A stretch of 64,000 bases of DNA from Tubulanus polymorphus (lineage: Eukaryota; Animalia; Nemertea): positions 1,240,001-1,304,000 of the forward strand of contig NC_134029.1 in assembly GCF_964204645.1 (NCBI RefSeq), read 5' to 3'. Below the pieces are notes generated by a model. It was not told where the DNA came from and did no database searches. It was given only the letters and a program-made list of their open reading frames with translations. The position numbers and the translations under genes were made by a program. Positions 50,168 through 63,204 of the stretch are shown one piece after another (positions within the stretch are counted from its first letter, which is position 1; each line of letters starts with the position of its first letter).

Positions 50168-50661
50168 TGTCTAGAGGGAATGTAGGTAATAATCCCCCAG
50201 GTAAATATCCCACAAGGTAAAATCTCCCCTAGTTTAAATCCCCGCAATTTCAGTTTTCAATCAAACTTACGTATAAAACCTAAATGAAAATAGATAATAC
50301 TTTTTACACTAATATCTAAATATGAACATAGATATTTTAATATTACTTAGAAATATATTTCTTTATAGAAATTTACAGAACTATGATAAGGTGATTTTTG
50401 ATGCATGTAGCTTATAGTTAATAGTCACAGAATAATGTCATGTATGCACATAGCCTAAAGTCAAAGATTATCCGAGGTGAATATTGTGATTAAAAAACAC
50501 CATTGAAAATTGGAAATATTTGAAATCTATCACAGTTTTTCAACATAAGAATATTGGAAGTATTTTGTTTAATTTTGGTGTGAAATCAAATTTAGGGAGA
50601 TTTTTACCTTGGGGGGATGTTTACCGGGGGGGGGGGGGGATATCTCTTACTGTCTAGAGGG
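50168..50661. mobile_element. Non-autonomous DNA transposon with flanking direct repeat
   Basis: TGTCTAGAGGG directly repeated at 50168-50178 and 50651-50661; subterminal inverted repeats CCCC.GGTAAA..TCCC..AAGGTAAAATCTCCC / GGGAGATTTTTACCTTGGGGGATGTTTACCGGGG; AT-rich core. Confidence 0.7.
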
Positions 50662-50923
50662 TGGGTTCAGCCAAGTAGATTAGGACGCAGTTCACAGTTA
50701 TTAATTGACGCTAAGGATTAAGATTTTGAAAGTAAACTAATTTTTACCTAGAGAATGGAACTGGTTCCAGGGTTTCATAGGAACTGCCAAATCTGAAAAA
50801 GTCTGCATTTTCGAAGCACAATTGTTTAAAGGGCAATATCTTGTCATTAAACAGCAGCTAAAAGGGTCCAGTTTTCAAGCCACCATAAAATTAAGGCAAG
50901 GGACACCTTGCAAGGCTTGCAGG

Positions 50924-51241
50924 CACTGGGGTCACCCTGCAGAGACTGCAGGGGTTACTCACTAGAGACTAGGGACACACCCAGCAGAGACTGGGGTCAC
51001 CCTGCAGGGATCGGGGACACCCAGCAGAGACAGCGGACACCCAGCAGAGACTGGGGTCACCCTGCAGGGATCGGGGACACCCAGCAGAGACTGGGGTCAC
51101 CCTGCAGGGATCGGGGACACCCAGCAGAGACAGCGGACACCCAGCAGAGACAGCGGACACCCAGCAGAGACTGGGGTCACTCTGCAGGGATCGGGGACAC
51201 CCAGCAGAGACAGCGGACACCCAGCAGAGACAGCGGACACC
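50924..51241. repeat. GC-rich 19-20-bp minisatellite with variant units, just 3' of NIPA
   Basis: Alternating GGACACCCAGCAGAGAC(AGC/TGG) and GGTCACCCTGCAGGGATCGG units. Confidence 0.95.
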
Positions 51242-51297
51242 CTAAATTGATACCCACAAGTTGAAATTCATTTATTCACCAGTTGTTGAAATGCTTT

Positions 51298-54200
51298 TCA
51301 ATGATTTGAATACGTGCGAAATACTGATTCTCGTGATTGACTATCGTGCAGTAATACTGTATCTGAGACTTGAAGACTAGAATCATCATCATCATCATCA
51401 TTGAAATAATCGCGGAACTCTCGCTGCTCTGGAGCGCCCCCTACAGTCATGGCAGCATCTTTACGAACTGTCGGTAGATTCCTCCACGTTATATTCATAT
51501 CTTTAAACGCTTGTAGCAGAAATATCCCGGCGATGATCGTGAAAAAACCACTCAAATTACCGACGATATCTAAAATGCTGAGGCGTCCCCATTCTTTAAA
51601 CAAAATGGCCGACGCTAGCATTACGAATACGTTGAATATAACGTATAAAATCGGAGTTACGACCGAAGTGTTGAAAATATCGAGAGCTTTGTTGAGATAG
51701 TTCATCTGAACCGTTATACAGAATACGACCTGCAGTAGAATGAGCCAGGTTAACCAGTTTGTAAACTGCTGATTGCCATGTACTGTTTGCATTATGGCGA
51801 CTCCTAATCCCTTACACGCCATCACCGATAGAGATCCGATCGAACCCGATATCGTCAGATAGATCAGAGGATTCGTCTGCCCGAATTTGGGCGCGAGCCA
51901 AAAAATCAGCAGGACGTTTCCAAATACGATCGCGATCGCGTAAACTATAAATGCTGAAACAAGATTTAGATATGAAATTAGAAACAGATCACAAAAACTG
52001 TGGCAGAATTATCCAGCTTTTGTCCATTTCAAGTTTGCATGAGAGGACGTCTACCCCATCCATTCAAAGAAGACTTTTGGCAAACCTTCAATACAATGTA
52101 AAATGGATTAAAGTGGATTAAAAACAGACATTATAGTTCATCTGCCCGTCTGTGCTGGTCCTATTAAGAACTTTATGAGGTCTTTCTGTATGTACCACTA
52201 ATACTGACCGAGCTAGGCCACTCAATGTCCTCTAAAGCAAAGTTGAAATAGACATTATAATTGAAAGTATATTTCACACGGTAGACTCTGTTTACCCTGC
52301 AGTGGATTGCCTCGAATTATCACGAGCCCCGTCTGATAATATATCACAAATTGTCCTGCTTGTGCTTAAAACTCACCGATATCTTTCATTTTTTCGGCTA
52401 ACTCATACATGCTGTTGATTTCGGGTTCTTTAGGAGCATGTATGACGACGACAGTTGATCCCAGTATACAAACAGCGCAACCGACTTTACCCAATAAATT
52501 CAATCGTTCGTTGAGAAAATACGACGATAAAATGGCGCTGAAAAAAATAAACAACATTTCAACATCAGTCGTTGGAATGACAGGAAGAGAGATGAGATTT
52601 CCATTCGTAACTCGCGCTTACCTGACGAGAACGCTGAGAGCTCCGAGAGTTGTGACTAAAGTCGCCGGAGCGAACGCGAATGCGGCGAAATTAAACCCTT
52701 CACCGGCTCCCACTGAAATAATAAACACGAACATCGATCCAATCAGCACCGTGACAACAGACTCACCTTTACTCGTTAGCAGTCAAAAAACTGATCAATT
52801 CTTACATGCATTTTACTATCATTTATTATATCATTGGAAAAACTTTCTTTTTCCCTGATTGTCAATAATGTAATCAGTCAACTCAACTCTGCTGATTAGA
52901 GCAGAGTTTAATGCGTTGAAATTCAACTCACTCAGTAATAGGCCAGCCCACCACATCCATTCTTTCAAGTATCCATGGCCCCCAGCACCTGAAATATATC
53001 AATATCGTTCTAAATGATAATCGAATAAGTGCATTTTATCAGCACAAAAACGAATCTAGAATTCATAGAACAAGTTTGAATGTCTGTCTGAAAGGTGGTT
53101 TCAAATCACCAGTCAAACACGCCTTAATAAATTCATCATCGTTGTGACCCTGGTTCCCACAGTTAGATGAATTCAAAATTCCCAAGTTTTTCCCAAGTAT
53201 TTCATGGGTGAATTTTCAATTTTCCCAAATGGAAATGAACACATATCGTCATTCAACAGTCAACATTTTAGCGGTGATTGGTTTATCGATTTTTATGTTG
53301 ATGAAAATAGAGATGGCTTCGGTAATGTGAATATTCGATAATGATTTAAAAGCAGGTACCTGCTCTTGATCCATGTTTGGCTAAACGAAGTAAACCTTTC
53401 TTCTTCAATATAAAACTGGATCCTATGAATATCGTTGATAAAACTGCTAAGAAGAGACCGATGTAGAAATGTCTTTGGGCATCAGGATTGTCAAATTCCA
53501 TATCAATAGTTGAATTATCAGATGATGATGAATTCGTGGAATTTTCACTAGGTTCAACCTGAATCATAGTAAACAATTCATAGTTAGTTTCTTGTAACAA
53601 TTTTTGATTCTTTATAAGTAAGAACAGGGCTGGATTCATGGAGACAGTTTGCTGAAAAGGGCAGATTGTTTAAAAAGGCAGAAATCCACGTTGGGTGAGT
53701 TCCGCCGAGAGGAAACCAAAATGGCGGTCTGAAAATTTAGCCGGGAAGGGGACAGGGGAGCAGTTGCCCCATAAATTTTGGAAAGTGTCCTTTTTGCAAA
53801 TATAATTGTTATATCCTACAGAACTGCCCTTTTTCGGGTTTCTCTGCCCTACCCCTCTATAATTCAAATGCTAGGTATGGTCCTGTTCAGTGACAATAAA
53901 GAGTCACTAACTAAAATTGTCCAAAAAAAATTGCCATTGTTTGGGTGCAACTTGTGTATGAGGTGAAGTGACTAATAAAAAATATAATATTTGCCAAGGA
54001 GTGAATATTGACTTAACGAAGGTTAATATTTACTTTTCATTTACACAATGAGCAAAGAATAAATACCAGGTTCTCTTCTAACATAGATTTTACCCTATGC
54101 ATATATTAATGTAAACCAAACATTCTGCTAAGTGACCTATTCCTATTTTTCATTTCAATGTTATGACGTTTTTAACTTTTTACTGCAACTCGAACAACTG

Positions 54201-54686
54201 ATTTCTAGGAGAAATGAAACCAATTTTTCCTCTAAAAATTCAACTTCTCTGTAGAATAACTTGACTAAAATCCGATTACTTAAATAGAAAACATTACGAA
54301 AAATTGATTGCATTTTTTTACTCTAAAACCTGCATTTTCAATACAAGAATACGTCAATCCAGCTATTTAGAGATAAATGACTTTAACACAGAAGATCTGA
54401 ACAGCAGCTTGTTGCAGGATTACAGGAGAATCAGCAGATTTTATAGAATCTAAACAATTAATGATGATTCAACAGGTTTTCTATTCATTTCTCCTGTAAC
54501 TGAATTACAACCAGTAGGTAGAATTACCACCACATTTTACTGACGCCAGAGAAGTCAAAATATTGAACACGAACTAGAATCTAACTTAAATTGGCAACTG
54601 TGGAACTGGATTCATTACTTAGAACTTAAGTTAAGGTTATCAAAGTTTACCTTTGTTGGTGAATAAATTGTTGTAGTCGCTGCCAT
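51298..54686 (-). CDS. NIPA2: NIPA-family magnesium transporter (NIPA2-like)
   Basis: Exons 54651-54686, 53360-53651, 52932-52988, 52622-52712, 52377-52537, 51298-51953; motifs [79 protein letters not shown]. Exact vertebrate ortholog and first exon are less certain. Confidence 0.9.
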
Positions 54687-55603
54687 AATTAAGGATGATG
54701 TTTTTCGAAATAAAATCCCAGAAGTTGTCGCGGTCATATTTTTGCAAATTTGAAGAGTCAAGAAAATGACACAGTGCACATTTGTAAATCAGTTAGAAAC
54801 CGTGAAACTCAAACTGTTCTTTTAGGATTAAATTTCTAATCCGCATTCCAATAATTTCCAGTATTACGAATGAACTTGAAGAGATGAGAAAGTTTAAGAC
54901 ACGACGATAGTCCAATCAAAAATCTTAAAATCTAGTAATCAATCGTAATGAGTACAAGTGTAGTTCTAATATATCCCAGCTGCACACTACCAGCACGCCG
55001 GTGACAATAACTGATATGCGAGTGGCTAAGCAACAATCATCGGATACCCACAGAATGTGAAAGCTACCGGTAATGACATCTATTATAGCAGAAAAGCGAC
55101 ACTCTGACGCGGAGATTAGATTTACCCGGTTTATACATATGTACATTATTACAGAAATTGTCATTCGATTTTTACTTCATCTTTTGAGGACTTAAAAAAG
55201 CAATGAGTACCTTAATGGACAGAATTTATTGTATTCTTCGTGTTGAATAAATATATCGATGATTTCATAAAATAGATTATTCGTTCAGGGCTGTACATAG
55301 TGGGGCAGTGAAAAGTGCCAATATTATTTCTATATTCAATTGAAATTTAATGTAGAACCCTTCACAAGGGACCGACAAGGGACCGCATTTTGTTATTGGC
55401 TTAAGAGAGTTTTTGTTAGGACCTAGAATTGGTATCTCTAAAGATGGTATAAAAGTCCCTTGATGATTATGTACATACTAATCAATCTAATCATCGAGTA
55501 TGAAATTAACCAAACTACTAATAATCAGATCTATGTTTACTAATTTACTAATCAACGAGTTCAATTAACCTAACAAGAAAGGGAGTTTCTATCTTCTTCA
55601 TTA

Positions 55604-55689
<86 letters not shown>

Positions 55690-55691
55690 GG

Positions 55692-55767
<76 letters not shown>
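55604..55767. repeat. (ATG)n microsatellite interrupted by (GGT)6
   Basis: Direct reading. Confidence 0.98.
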
Positions 55768-57448
55768 ATAAACTACCGGTACCCTTCTTCCGGGTTTCTC
55801 AACATTTAAATTCAAATGACCCTGCAGTAAAAGCTTCTTGTTGAAAAGGGCAGAAATATGTGACGTTTGTGCGATTAAATGTCTGATACTTACAATTTGT
55901 CTCTCTTCAACAGCTACAGGAACAATAAATTAGATGAATTGAGCGGACACCGGGGGCTGACTGCTGAATTAAAATATAAAAATATGCATTACATGGGTAA
56001 CAGAAAGAGCTGACTGATATTTATCACACATAGCCTAATAGCAGCCATTGTTTAAGGGAAATTATTCAGTAATCTGTTGGTGGTTTAGTTTCGCGACGGA
56101 TATTTTCACATAAGCCCATCAAAAGCTTACCAATGATTAGTCAACTAACTAGTATCTAGCAGGTGTTCCTGAAACCAGGGGAACCTAACCCCGGGGAAGG
56201 TGGGCAAATCAGACGGCAGTACGGTTAGTTACCAGCCCGGGCCAATTGCTCAAAGGTTGGTTCAAGATAACAGCTGATAAACACTAGTGGTAACTCTAAC
56301 TAATCTTTGAGAAACTACTTGTCCTGCTGGTTACTGACTCACTGTCTGTTGCTGTGTTGTGTGTCAGGGGACCAGTGTTCTGATAGGGTCCTCCTAATTA
56401 CCGAGATGATGCAATTTACCGAGATGAAATGAAGTGGGCCTATAGCATTTTTGTTAATTTCTTAACCGTTTTAACACTTGAAATCATGTTATATCAGTAA
56501 TAAATACCTTCTCGAGTCATATTTTACGTATTTTGCCAGATATTTTGTAGAAAAAATATTGACTTCAAGTTCATCATCTGGGTTACCAATAAATTCCGTT
56601 GAATTTGATTCTGATACGCTTTTTATTAAGGATTACAGAAGAACATTGTGCCAAGCTCTTATAGTGTTCAAGCAGAACTTTCGAATTTGTGATACAATGA
56701 TTTGAAGACTACCTGCGTCTGAAGTGAGGTGTGAGGAGTGTCATATACAAACCCGGAACCGAACTGACTGAGGTTTGTGATCTTTGTTTTGTTTTCGATT
56801 CCGATGTAAACACGAATAAACATATTCTCATCATTTCCAAGTAGTCTAATAAGTAGCTACTACACTAACATTCATAGACGCTAAACTTACTGTATAAAAA
56901 CGAGGTAATTAATTCAGATTATATCAAACTTTCGCCTTTCTTAACGCAAGAGGCTATATTTCTAGAGAAGGGACAACCGATAAATATGGAAAGCTGTCTC
57001 TTACAGAGGTGACTGAAGTGGCAATAAAGAATTGAATTGAATTGTCCTCTGAGTCTGAGTTCGAGTTCCTCTAATCGGATTGACCCTGACAATTAAAAAT
57101 CAATTAATTACACAGTGCCTATCTAATTCATGAATCATTTAGATTTTATTTAGTTATAGGATAATGCCTGAGGCTTTATTTAACCGTTTAAAGGACTATT
57201 ATGTGGACAGCACAACATGCCTACTGCGACAATCATATCTATCTTATTCTTATTGTTATATTAAAGTAAAATGTTTATGTCTTGTAAATACTACTTGTAA
57301 ATATCACTCTGTACATCTCGACCCGAAAGGTGTGTATCAGTATAATAAAGAGTTTATTGAATTGAATTGAACTGAATATTCGATACAGTCGCGAGGAAAT
57401 AGTAAACAACTTCGTTATATAAGAAAAATACTTCCGCGTTTGGTTTCA

Positions 57449-58386
57449 ATGTCGAATCAACAGCAGAAACTGATATATCTGAGGGGCTGGAGATATACAG
57501 CACTTGTCGGAGGATTGATTGGGTTAATAGGAACTGCTATGTATTTCACAGCTGTTGATCCGTACATCAACCCCAATAAATGGCGTAAGTTTTCTAAAAA
57601 AGTACTAATGTCTATTTATTAATTGATGAGACCTGTTTTTCTTGGATATTTTGCTTACTTTTTGGGGTACATACCTCATTTATGTCTTAACAGAATGCCA
57701 AAAATCGCGGACAACAACTGAATATCCGATATATTTCCAGTTCTGTACCAATTAGATGGATTGGCAAAAAGACTCCTTAAGTCCAGTTGAATGAGAGAGA
57801 AAATCCTCCATTTTGTCAAATTTCTTGGATTTGAACATTGTTACCATGCCTACGCCACCCTGATTTAGTTGTTGAGACCCCACAAGAAAAATAACTTCAT
57901 TTCGTAGGCATGGTGACAATGTAAAAATTCAAGAAATTTGACAAAATGGAGGATTTTCTCTCTCATTCAACTGGACTTAAGGAGTCTTTTTGCCAATCCA
58001 TCTAATTGGTACAGAACTGGAAATATATCGGATATTCAGTTGTTGTCCGCGATTTTTGGCATTCTGTTAAGACATAAATGAGGTATGTACCCCAAAAAGT
58101 AAGCAAAATATCCCAGAAAAACAGGTCTCATCAATTAATAAATAGACATTAGTTTTGACCTGACGGTGGCAGCACCTATCGGTAACGCGTTTTTTGTCTA
58201 ATTGTACTAGGATCAGTACAGAAAATTACTAGAAGAGATATCGATCAAGATGAAATACAGCCTGGAGGTAATTTGAATTGTAAAATTGATCATAAATGAT
58301 TTTCTTTGGTTTTGTCGTGTAAACGGTCTTGTTTTCTTAACACAGGAATGAGAGTCTGGAGTGATCCATTTCGAAAGAGAGAATGA
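57449..58386 (+). CDS. SMIM20: Small integral membrane protein 20 / phoenixin precursor
   Basis: Exons 57449-57584, 58211-58267, 58346-58386; N-terminal TM; C-terminus IDQDEIQPGGMRVWSDPFRKRE matches the phoenixin core QPxGxxVWSDPF. Confidence 0.93.
57604..58153. mobile_element. Long palindrome/foldback (arms 57604-57854 and 57903-58153, 48-bp spacer) in SMIM20 intron 1
   Basis: Arms are reverse complements with only a handful of mismatches, mostly near the loop. Confidence 0.9.
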
Positions 58387-58652
58387 AGGAATCGTAAATT
58401 GAATTCAGCTATATCAGTAGTTTATTCATTGTGTGTTAGCAAAAAACGATTTTTTTGTAATTTTTTTCATGTAAATAAAAATGTACATAGTGATAGCATA
58501 TAATTGTAATGTTCTGCTGACTGTAGTTCTTCTGATTAGTTGGAGAGTGCCTGGATGTTTGGATAGAGAAAAGCATCAAACCAACAACAAAAAAACGATA
58601 TTCTTAGTATGGACTTTCCTAAATTTACACGATGATGTACCGTCTAATCCAG

Positions 58653-58798
58653 TATGGAAGCCCCTAGGTGACATGGGATAATTTTTTTCACAATTTCGAC
58701 TTATTATGTCAAATTTCGAGATAATAAGTCGAAATTTGACATAATAAGTCGAAATTGTGAAAAAATTATCTCGTACATGTCACCTAGGGGCTTTCGTA
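58653..58798. mobile_element. TA-flanked palindromic MITE
   Basis: TA-TGGAAGCCCCTAGGTGACATG ... CATGTCACCTAGGGGCTTTCG-TA with internal inverted AATTTCGACTTATTATGTC units. Confidence 0.8.
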
Positions 58799-59252
58799 AG
58801 TACCGGTATCAAAATTAAAGGAAATAATGTGCTTTTCAAATGAATTAGGAGTGGCAAGCATGAAGTTTCTGGCGGGATTTCGGATGATGCTTCAAGTAAT
58901 TAAAAACAGCCTAATATGTCTCCCGGCCTCATCAATGGAATCAGGGAAGTGTCTCTCATTATACACTTCCCTAATTGAACCAAGAAGTTTTTTTAATTGA
59001 AAACTCGGGATCTCCGTGATAACCGTATGAATGATGATTAATCACGAGATGGTAGTGCCAGGGTTTTCCCTAATGACTCAAATAGCACTTTCCACGTGCA
59101 TGGTGTGAACTACACGTTTTTTTACCAGGCGGCGGCTAAATTCGGAGAGGGAAGCTGTTGGGAATCAAGTAATTTATTTTATGGCCTTAATAAAGTTCCA
59201 CGATATTGTATAGCTGGCTACACTGGCGCGTATTCAACCCAGTGGAACCTTC

Positions 59253-59260
59253 TATATAAG
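59253..59260 (+). promoter_or_regulatory. Candidate TATA box for a + strand spliced non-coding transcript
   Basis: TATATAAG with Inr-like CCATT motifs ~25 nt downstream; strong + strand splice acceptors follow. Confidence 0.35.
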
Positions 59261-59626
59261 CTCTCAATGTAAATCCATTCCATAGAGACACAATTGCGGC
59301 TATTCAGAGTTGTTGATATCATTTATACGGGCTATTGAATACGTCACCGGCTGACCACGGTGTACACAAGCATAGACCATTCACCTCCGCTCTCTCACAC
59401 TGTGCAGACATGCTACCGTGGATTCTCCTCCTGGCGATTTTCGCTGCGCTCCCGCTCCTGCTCCTGTTCCTGCTTCCTGAGGAACGACGTCTTTATGTTT
59501 TATGTGTTACTGTTCGTCTCTGTGCTGTCCTGTACTGTTCCGTGTTTATTAACCCGTTCTTTTTTGCAGGTTCTAACCCGTTTTATTTTTCAGGGCCGAT
59601 TTCTCTGTCGAATTTCAATGTTTTCA

Positions 59627-60401
59627 GGAACAAAACTAATGTCCGAAAGCGTCGGCTCTCCTTCGCCGGTCACGTCTCGAGGATGTCAGACAAAGAGTCG
59701 GTCAGGAAATTCTGCCCTCTACGCGCCCTCATACGGAACACGAAAACCAGGATGACGAGGCCTCACTGCCCCCACCTATCTGCAAAGTGTGCTGAGTGAT
59801 GTCAATGACGGGCATATCTGTGAGATTGCACGGGATACAAATGGAGCGGTTATACTGGATTGTCACGCTACTAGCATTCATTGTGTCCTTGTGACCGCCC
59901 GGATGAGGGATGATTCTACTGTCACGCTCTTTGTTTCTGGTATTCTGAGTCGGCTGAGGGATGATTCTACTGTCACGCTCTTTGATTTCTAGTTTGAGTG
60001 CTAGTTTTCATTGTGTCCTTGTGACAACCCCGGTCAGTGGATGAAGTCTCTTGTCGGCTTGTGAGTGTTAGTTTCATTGTGTCCTTGTGACAACCCGGTC
60101 AGTGGATGAAGTCTCTTGTCACGCTTTTGAGTGCTAGTTGAGATCCTGAATCTCAACCCGGTCAAGCTGGTTGTACTGCGCTATTTGTGTTTCGTGCAAT
60201 TTTACAGGTGTGTCCGTTTCTGACGTCGCCCAGTACATCCTGCAGTTAGATGGGGAATGTGAGGCGTCGTCATCCTGGTTTTCGCATTCTGTGTGAGGGC
60301 GTGTAGAGGGCAGTATATTCCTGGCTGGCTCTTTGTCTGGTGTTCTCGGCATGTGACCGGCGACGGAGAGCTGAAAAGCTTTCGAACATTAGTTTTGTTC
60401 C
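59627..60401 (+). mobile_element. Inverted duplication of a decayed non-LTR retrotransposon ORF2 3' fragment (arms ~59627-59880 and ~60128-60401)
   Basis: Translations VRKRRLSFAGHVSRM and (frameshifted) YAPSYGTRKPG resemble the post-RT C-terminal RRLxxxGHxxR...RxxGRP region of RTE/L2-like LINEs; the right arm is the diverged reverse complement; the loop carries short direct repeats. Confidence 0.75.
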
Positions 60402-60954
60402 GTACCAGGTTTTCATCGCTCTTCTCTTTTTTTTTCATTTCAGGACTCCCAAGAAGTTGAAGAAGAAGATGGTAGAAGGCGACTACAGAAGATGCCGAAA
60501 AAAGAATAGTGAACTCCGCAATCTTGAAAGTTAAGTTGATTCACATATAAATTAGGATTAATGATGAAGAAATGTGTGACTACAAAATGTTTTTCTTTTT
60601 CTCAATTTCAGCTTCGACGACACCCAAGAAGACAAAGAAGTACTTCGATTTTGAAAAAAGATTAAGTAAAATCGACCGACGATCACGCAACTATATCTGT
60701 ACTTCGATTTCCAAAAAAAATTAGACAAAATTATCTTCATCCTTGTAAACTTTTGGACTACTTATATGAAAAAAAAGACCAAATATTGTAAAATTATCGA
60801 AAAAAAATGATGTAAATTCGACCGACGATCACATAACTATATCTGTACTTCGATTCCCGCCTGTTTCGCTCCTGGCAGGTGTATCACGATCGTAAGGGAC
60901 ACCAACTCAAAAGTCAAACGCGAGCTCATCAACTAAGATCTGCCGATTAGAGAA

Positions 60955-62790
60955 CAGTGCACAGAAGGGGCCAATTTGGATGAAACTCAACCAACCAACT
61001 TAGGAGATCCTCCGATAATGAACCCAGCCATCATAAAAGGTAATTTGATATTTGATACGAACTTAGAACATTTTAACCGATACTGAACCCAGCAAACTTG
61101 AAATGTGATTGGCTGTTTGTTGGATATTCCGGAAATTCCGGGAACTTCTGATGTAATTGGGAAAGCCCATTGGGAAAACCCAATGTGGAACCCAAAACAA
61201 AATGGCGAGCATTTCATTCGACTAGGTATCGTATCGTAGGCTATTCTAGGTATATTATTTATGGAAATTATTATGATAAATTCTAAATGAAATATTTTGT
61301 CATTACAGGATATCTTCTTTTAATCATTGCAGCTTAATTTAAACTATAAGAAAAAAACCCAGCTTGAGATCAACTACTCGTCCAAAATCGACCAACTGGA
61401 ACAGCGCACAGATGAGGCCAGCTAACTAACCAACTAATAGGATAATCCCCGATAACCAAGCAATCATAAAAGGTAACTTGATATACATGGAATTATTTCG
61501 ATAAATTCTAAATGAAATATTTTGTCATTACAGGATATCTTCTTTTAATCATTGCAGCTAAATTTCAACTATAAGAAAAAACCCAGCTTGAGATCAACTC
61601 CTCTTCCAAAATCGACCAACTGGAACAGCGCACAGATGAGGCCAACTAACTGACCAACTAATAGGATAATCGCCAATAACCAAGCAATCATAAAAGGTAA
61701 CTTGATATACATGGAATTATTTCGATAAATTCTAAATGAAATATTTTGTCATTACAGGATATCTTCTTTTAATCATTGCAGCTAAATTTCAACAATGAGA
61801 AAAACCCAGTTTGAGATCAACTACTCATCCAAAATCGACCAACTGGAACAGGGCACAGATGAGGCCAATTAGAATCCAACTTTTCAACCAACAAACTTAA
61901 GATGATCCACGCCAATAACGAACCAAGCAATCATTAAAGGTAACTTGATATACATGAAATTATTTTGATTAATTCTAAATGAAATATTTTGTCATTACAG
62001 GATATCTTCTTTTAATCATTGCAGCTAAATTTCAACTATGAGAAAAACCCAGTTTGAGATCAACTACTCGTCCAAAATCGACCAACTGGAACAGGGCACA
62101 GATGAGGCCAACTAACTAACCAACTAATAGGATAATTGCTGATAACCAAGCAATCATAAAAGGTAACTTGATATACATGGAATTATTTCGATAAATTCTA
62201 AATGAAATAGTTTTCATTACAGGATATCTTCTTTTAATCATTGCAGCTAAATTTCAACTATAAGAAAAAACCCAGCTAAATTCAAACTCGTCCAAAATCG
62301 AAAAGCACAGATGAGGCCAACTAGAATCCAACTTATCAACAAACAAACTTAAGATGATCCACGCCGATTATGGACAAAGCAATCATTAAAGGTAACTTGA
62401 TATACATGGAATTATTTCGATAAATTCTAAATGAAATATTTTTTTCATTACAGGATATCTTCTTTTAATCATTGCAGCTAAATTTCAACAATGAGAAAAA
62501 CCCAGTTTGAGATCAACTACTCGTCCAAAATCGACCAACTGGAACAGGGCACAGATGAGGCCAACTAACTAACAAACTAATAAGATAATCGCTGATAACG
62601 ACCCAAGCATAAAAGGTAACTGGATATATGTGGAATTATGTCGATAAATTCTAAATGAATTCAACTATAAGAAAAAACCCAGCTTGAGATCAACTACTCG
62701 TCCAAAATCTACAAACTGGAACGGTGCACAGAAAAGATCAGAACTGAACCCAGCAATCTTTAAAGGTAAGTTGATATACATGAAATTACC
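60955..62790 (+). repeat. ~223-243-bp tandem repeat (about 6 full units plus partials), each with splice-like donor and acceptor
   Basis: AGGTAA recurs at 61471, 61695, 61938, 62161, 62390, 62614 and 62764; full units have CATTACAG and TCTTTTAATCATTGCAG; no + strand ORF of 60 aa or more. Confidence 0.92.
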
Positions 62791-63204
62791 TGTATATAGA
62801 AATTTCAGTCCTCATATGAACATCATTTCATAAGTGGCTATCATCAAAATCTATTTACCGGTCCACATGGCTGAACTTTTATCTTCACTAGTCTTAAACA
62901 GTGATGAACTAGTCCTACTACTGCAATTAATTATTGGGGTTTAAATCAGCAATTGACGTCAATGAATTTTACTTTGTGAAAAACAGGGTGGCTTGTAATT
63001 TTAAATGACATGTAAATTATGATAAATCTGTCTGAAATGTTTTGCTTTCTTCACTAATTTGTTTCAGCCAAACTACATCTCGGAAAAATTGGCCTGAAGA
63101 AGACACTCACAAGTAGATGAATACTGATCGACCCATTTTTAGAAGTTGAGGAGCCAGCAACGGATTAATCACTTAACGATGGATTCTTCTACAATCGGTG
63201 GTTG

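Noticed and set aside
50908-51264. 118-aa repetitive ORF
   Set aside because: Minisatellite read-through with a non-ATG start.
55570-55815. Poly-Ile/Thr ORF
   Set aside because: Translation of the (ATG)n microsatellite.
59335-59799. 154-aa membrane protein ORF
   Set aside because: It runs through polypyrimidine/acceptor tracts into a frameshifted LINE fragment; a short hydrophobic peptide from ATG 59410 cannot be excluded but is unsupported.
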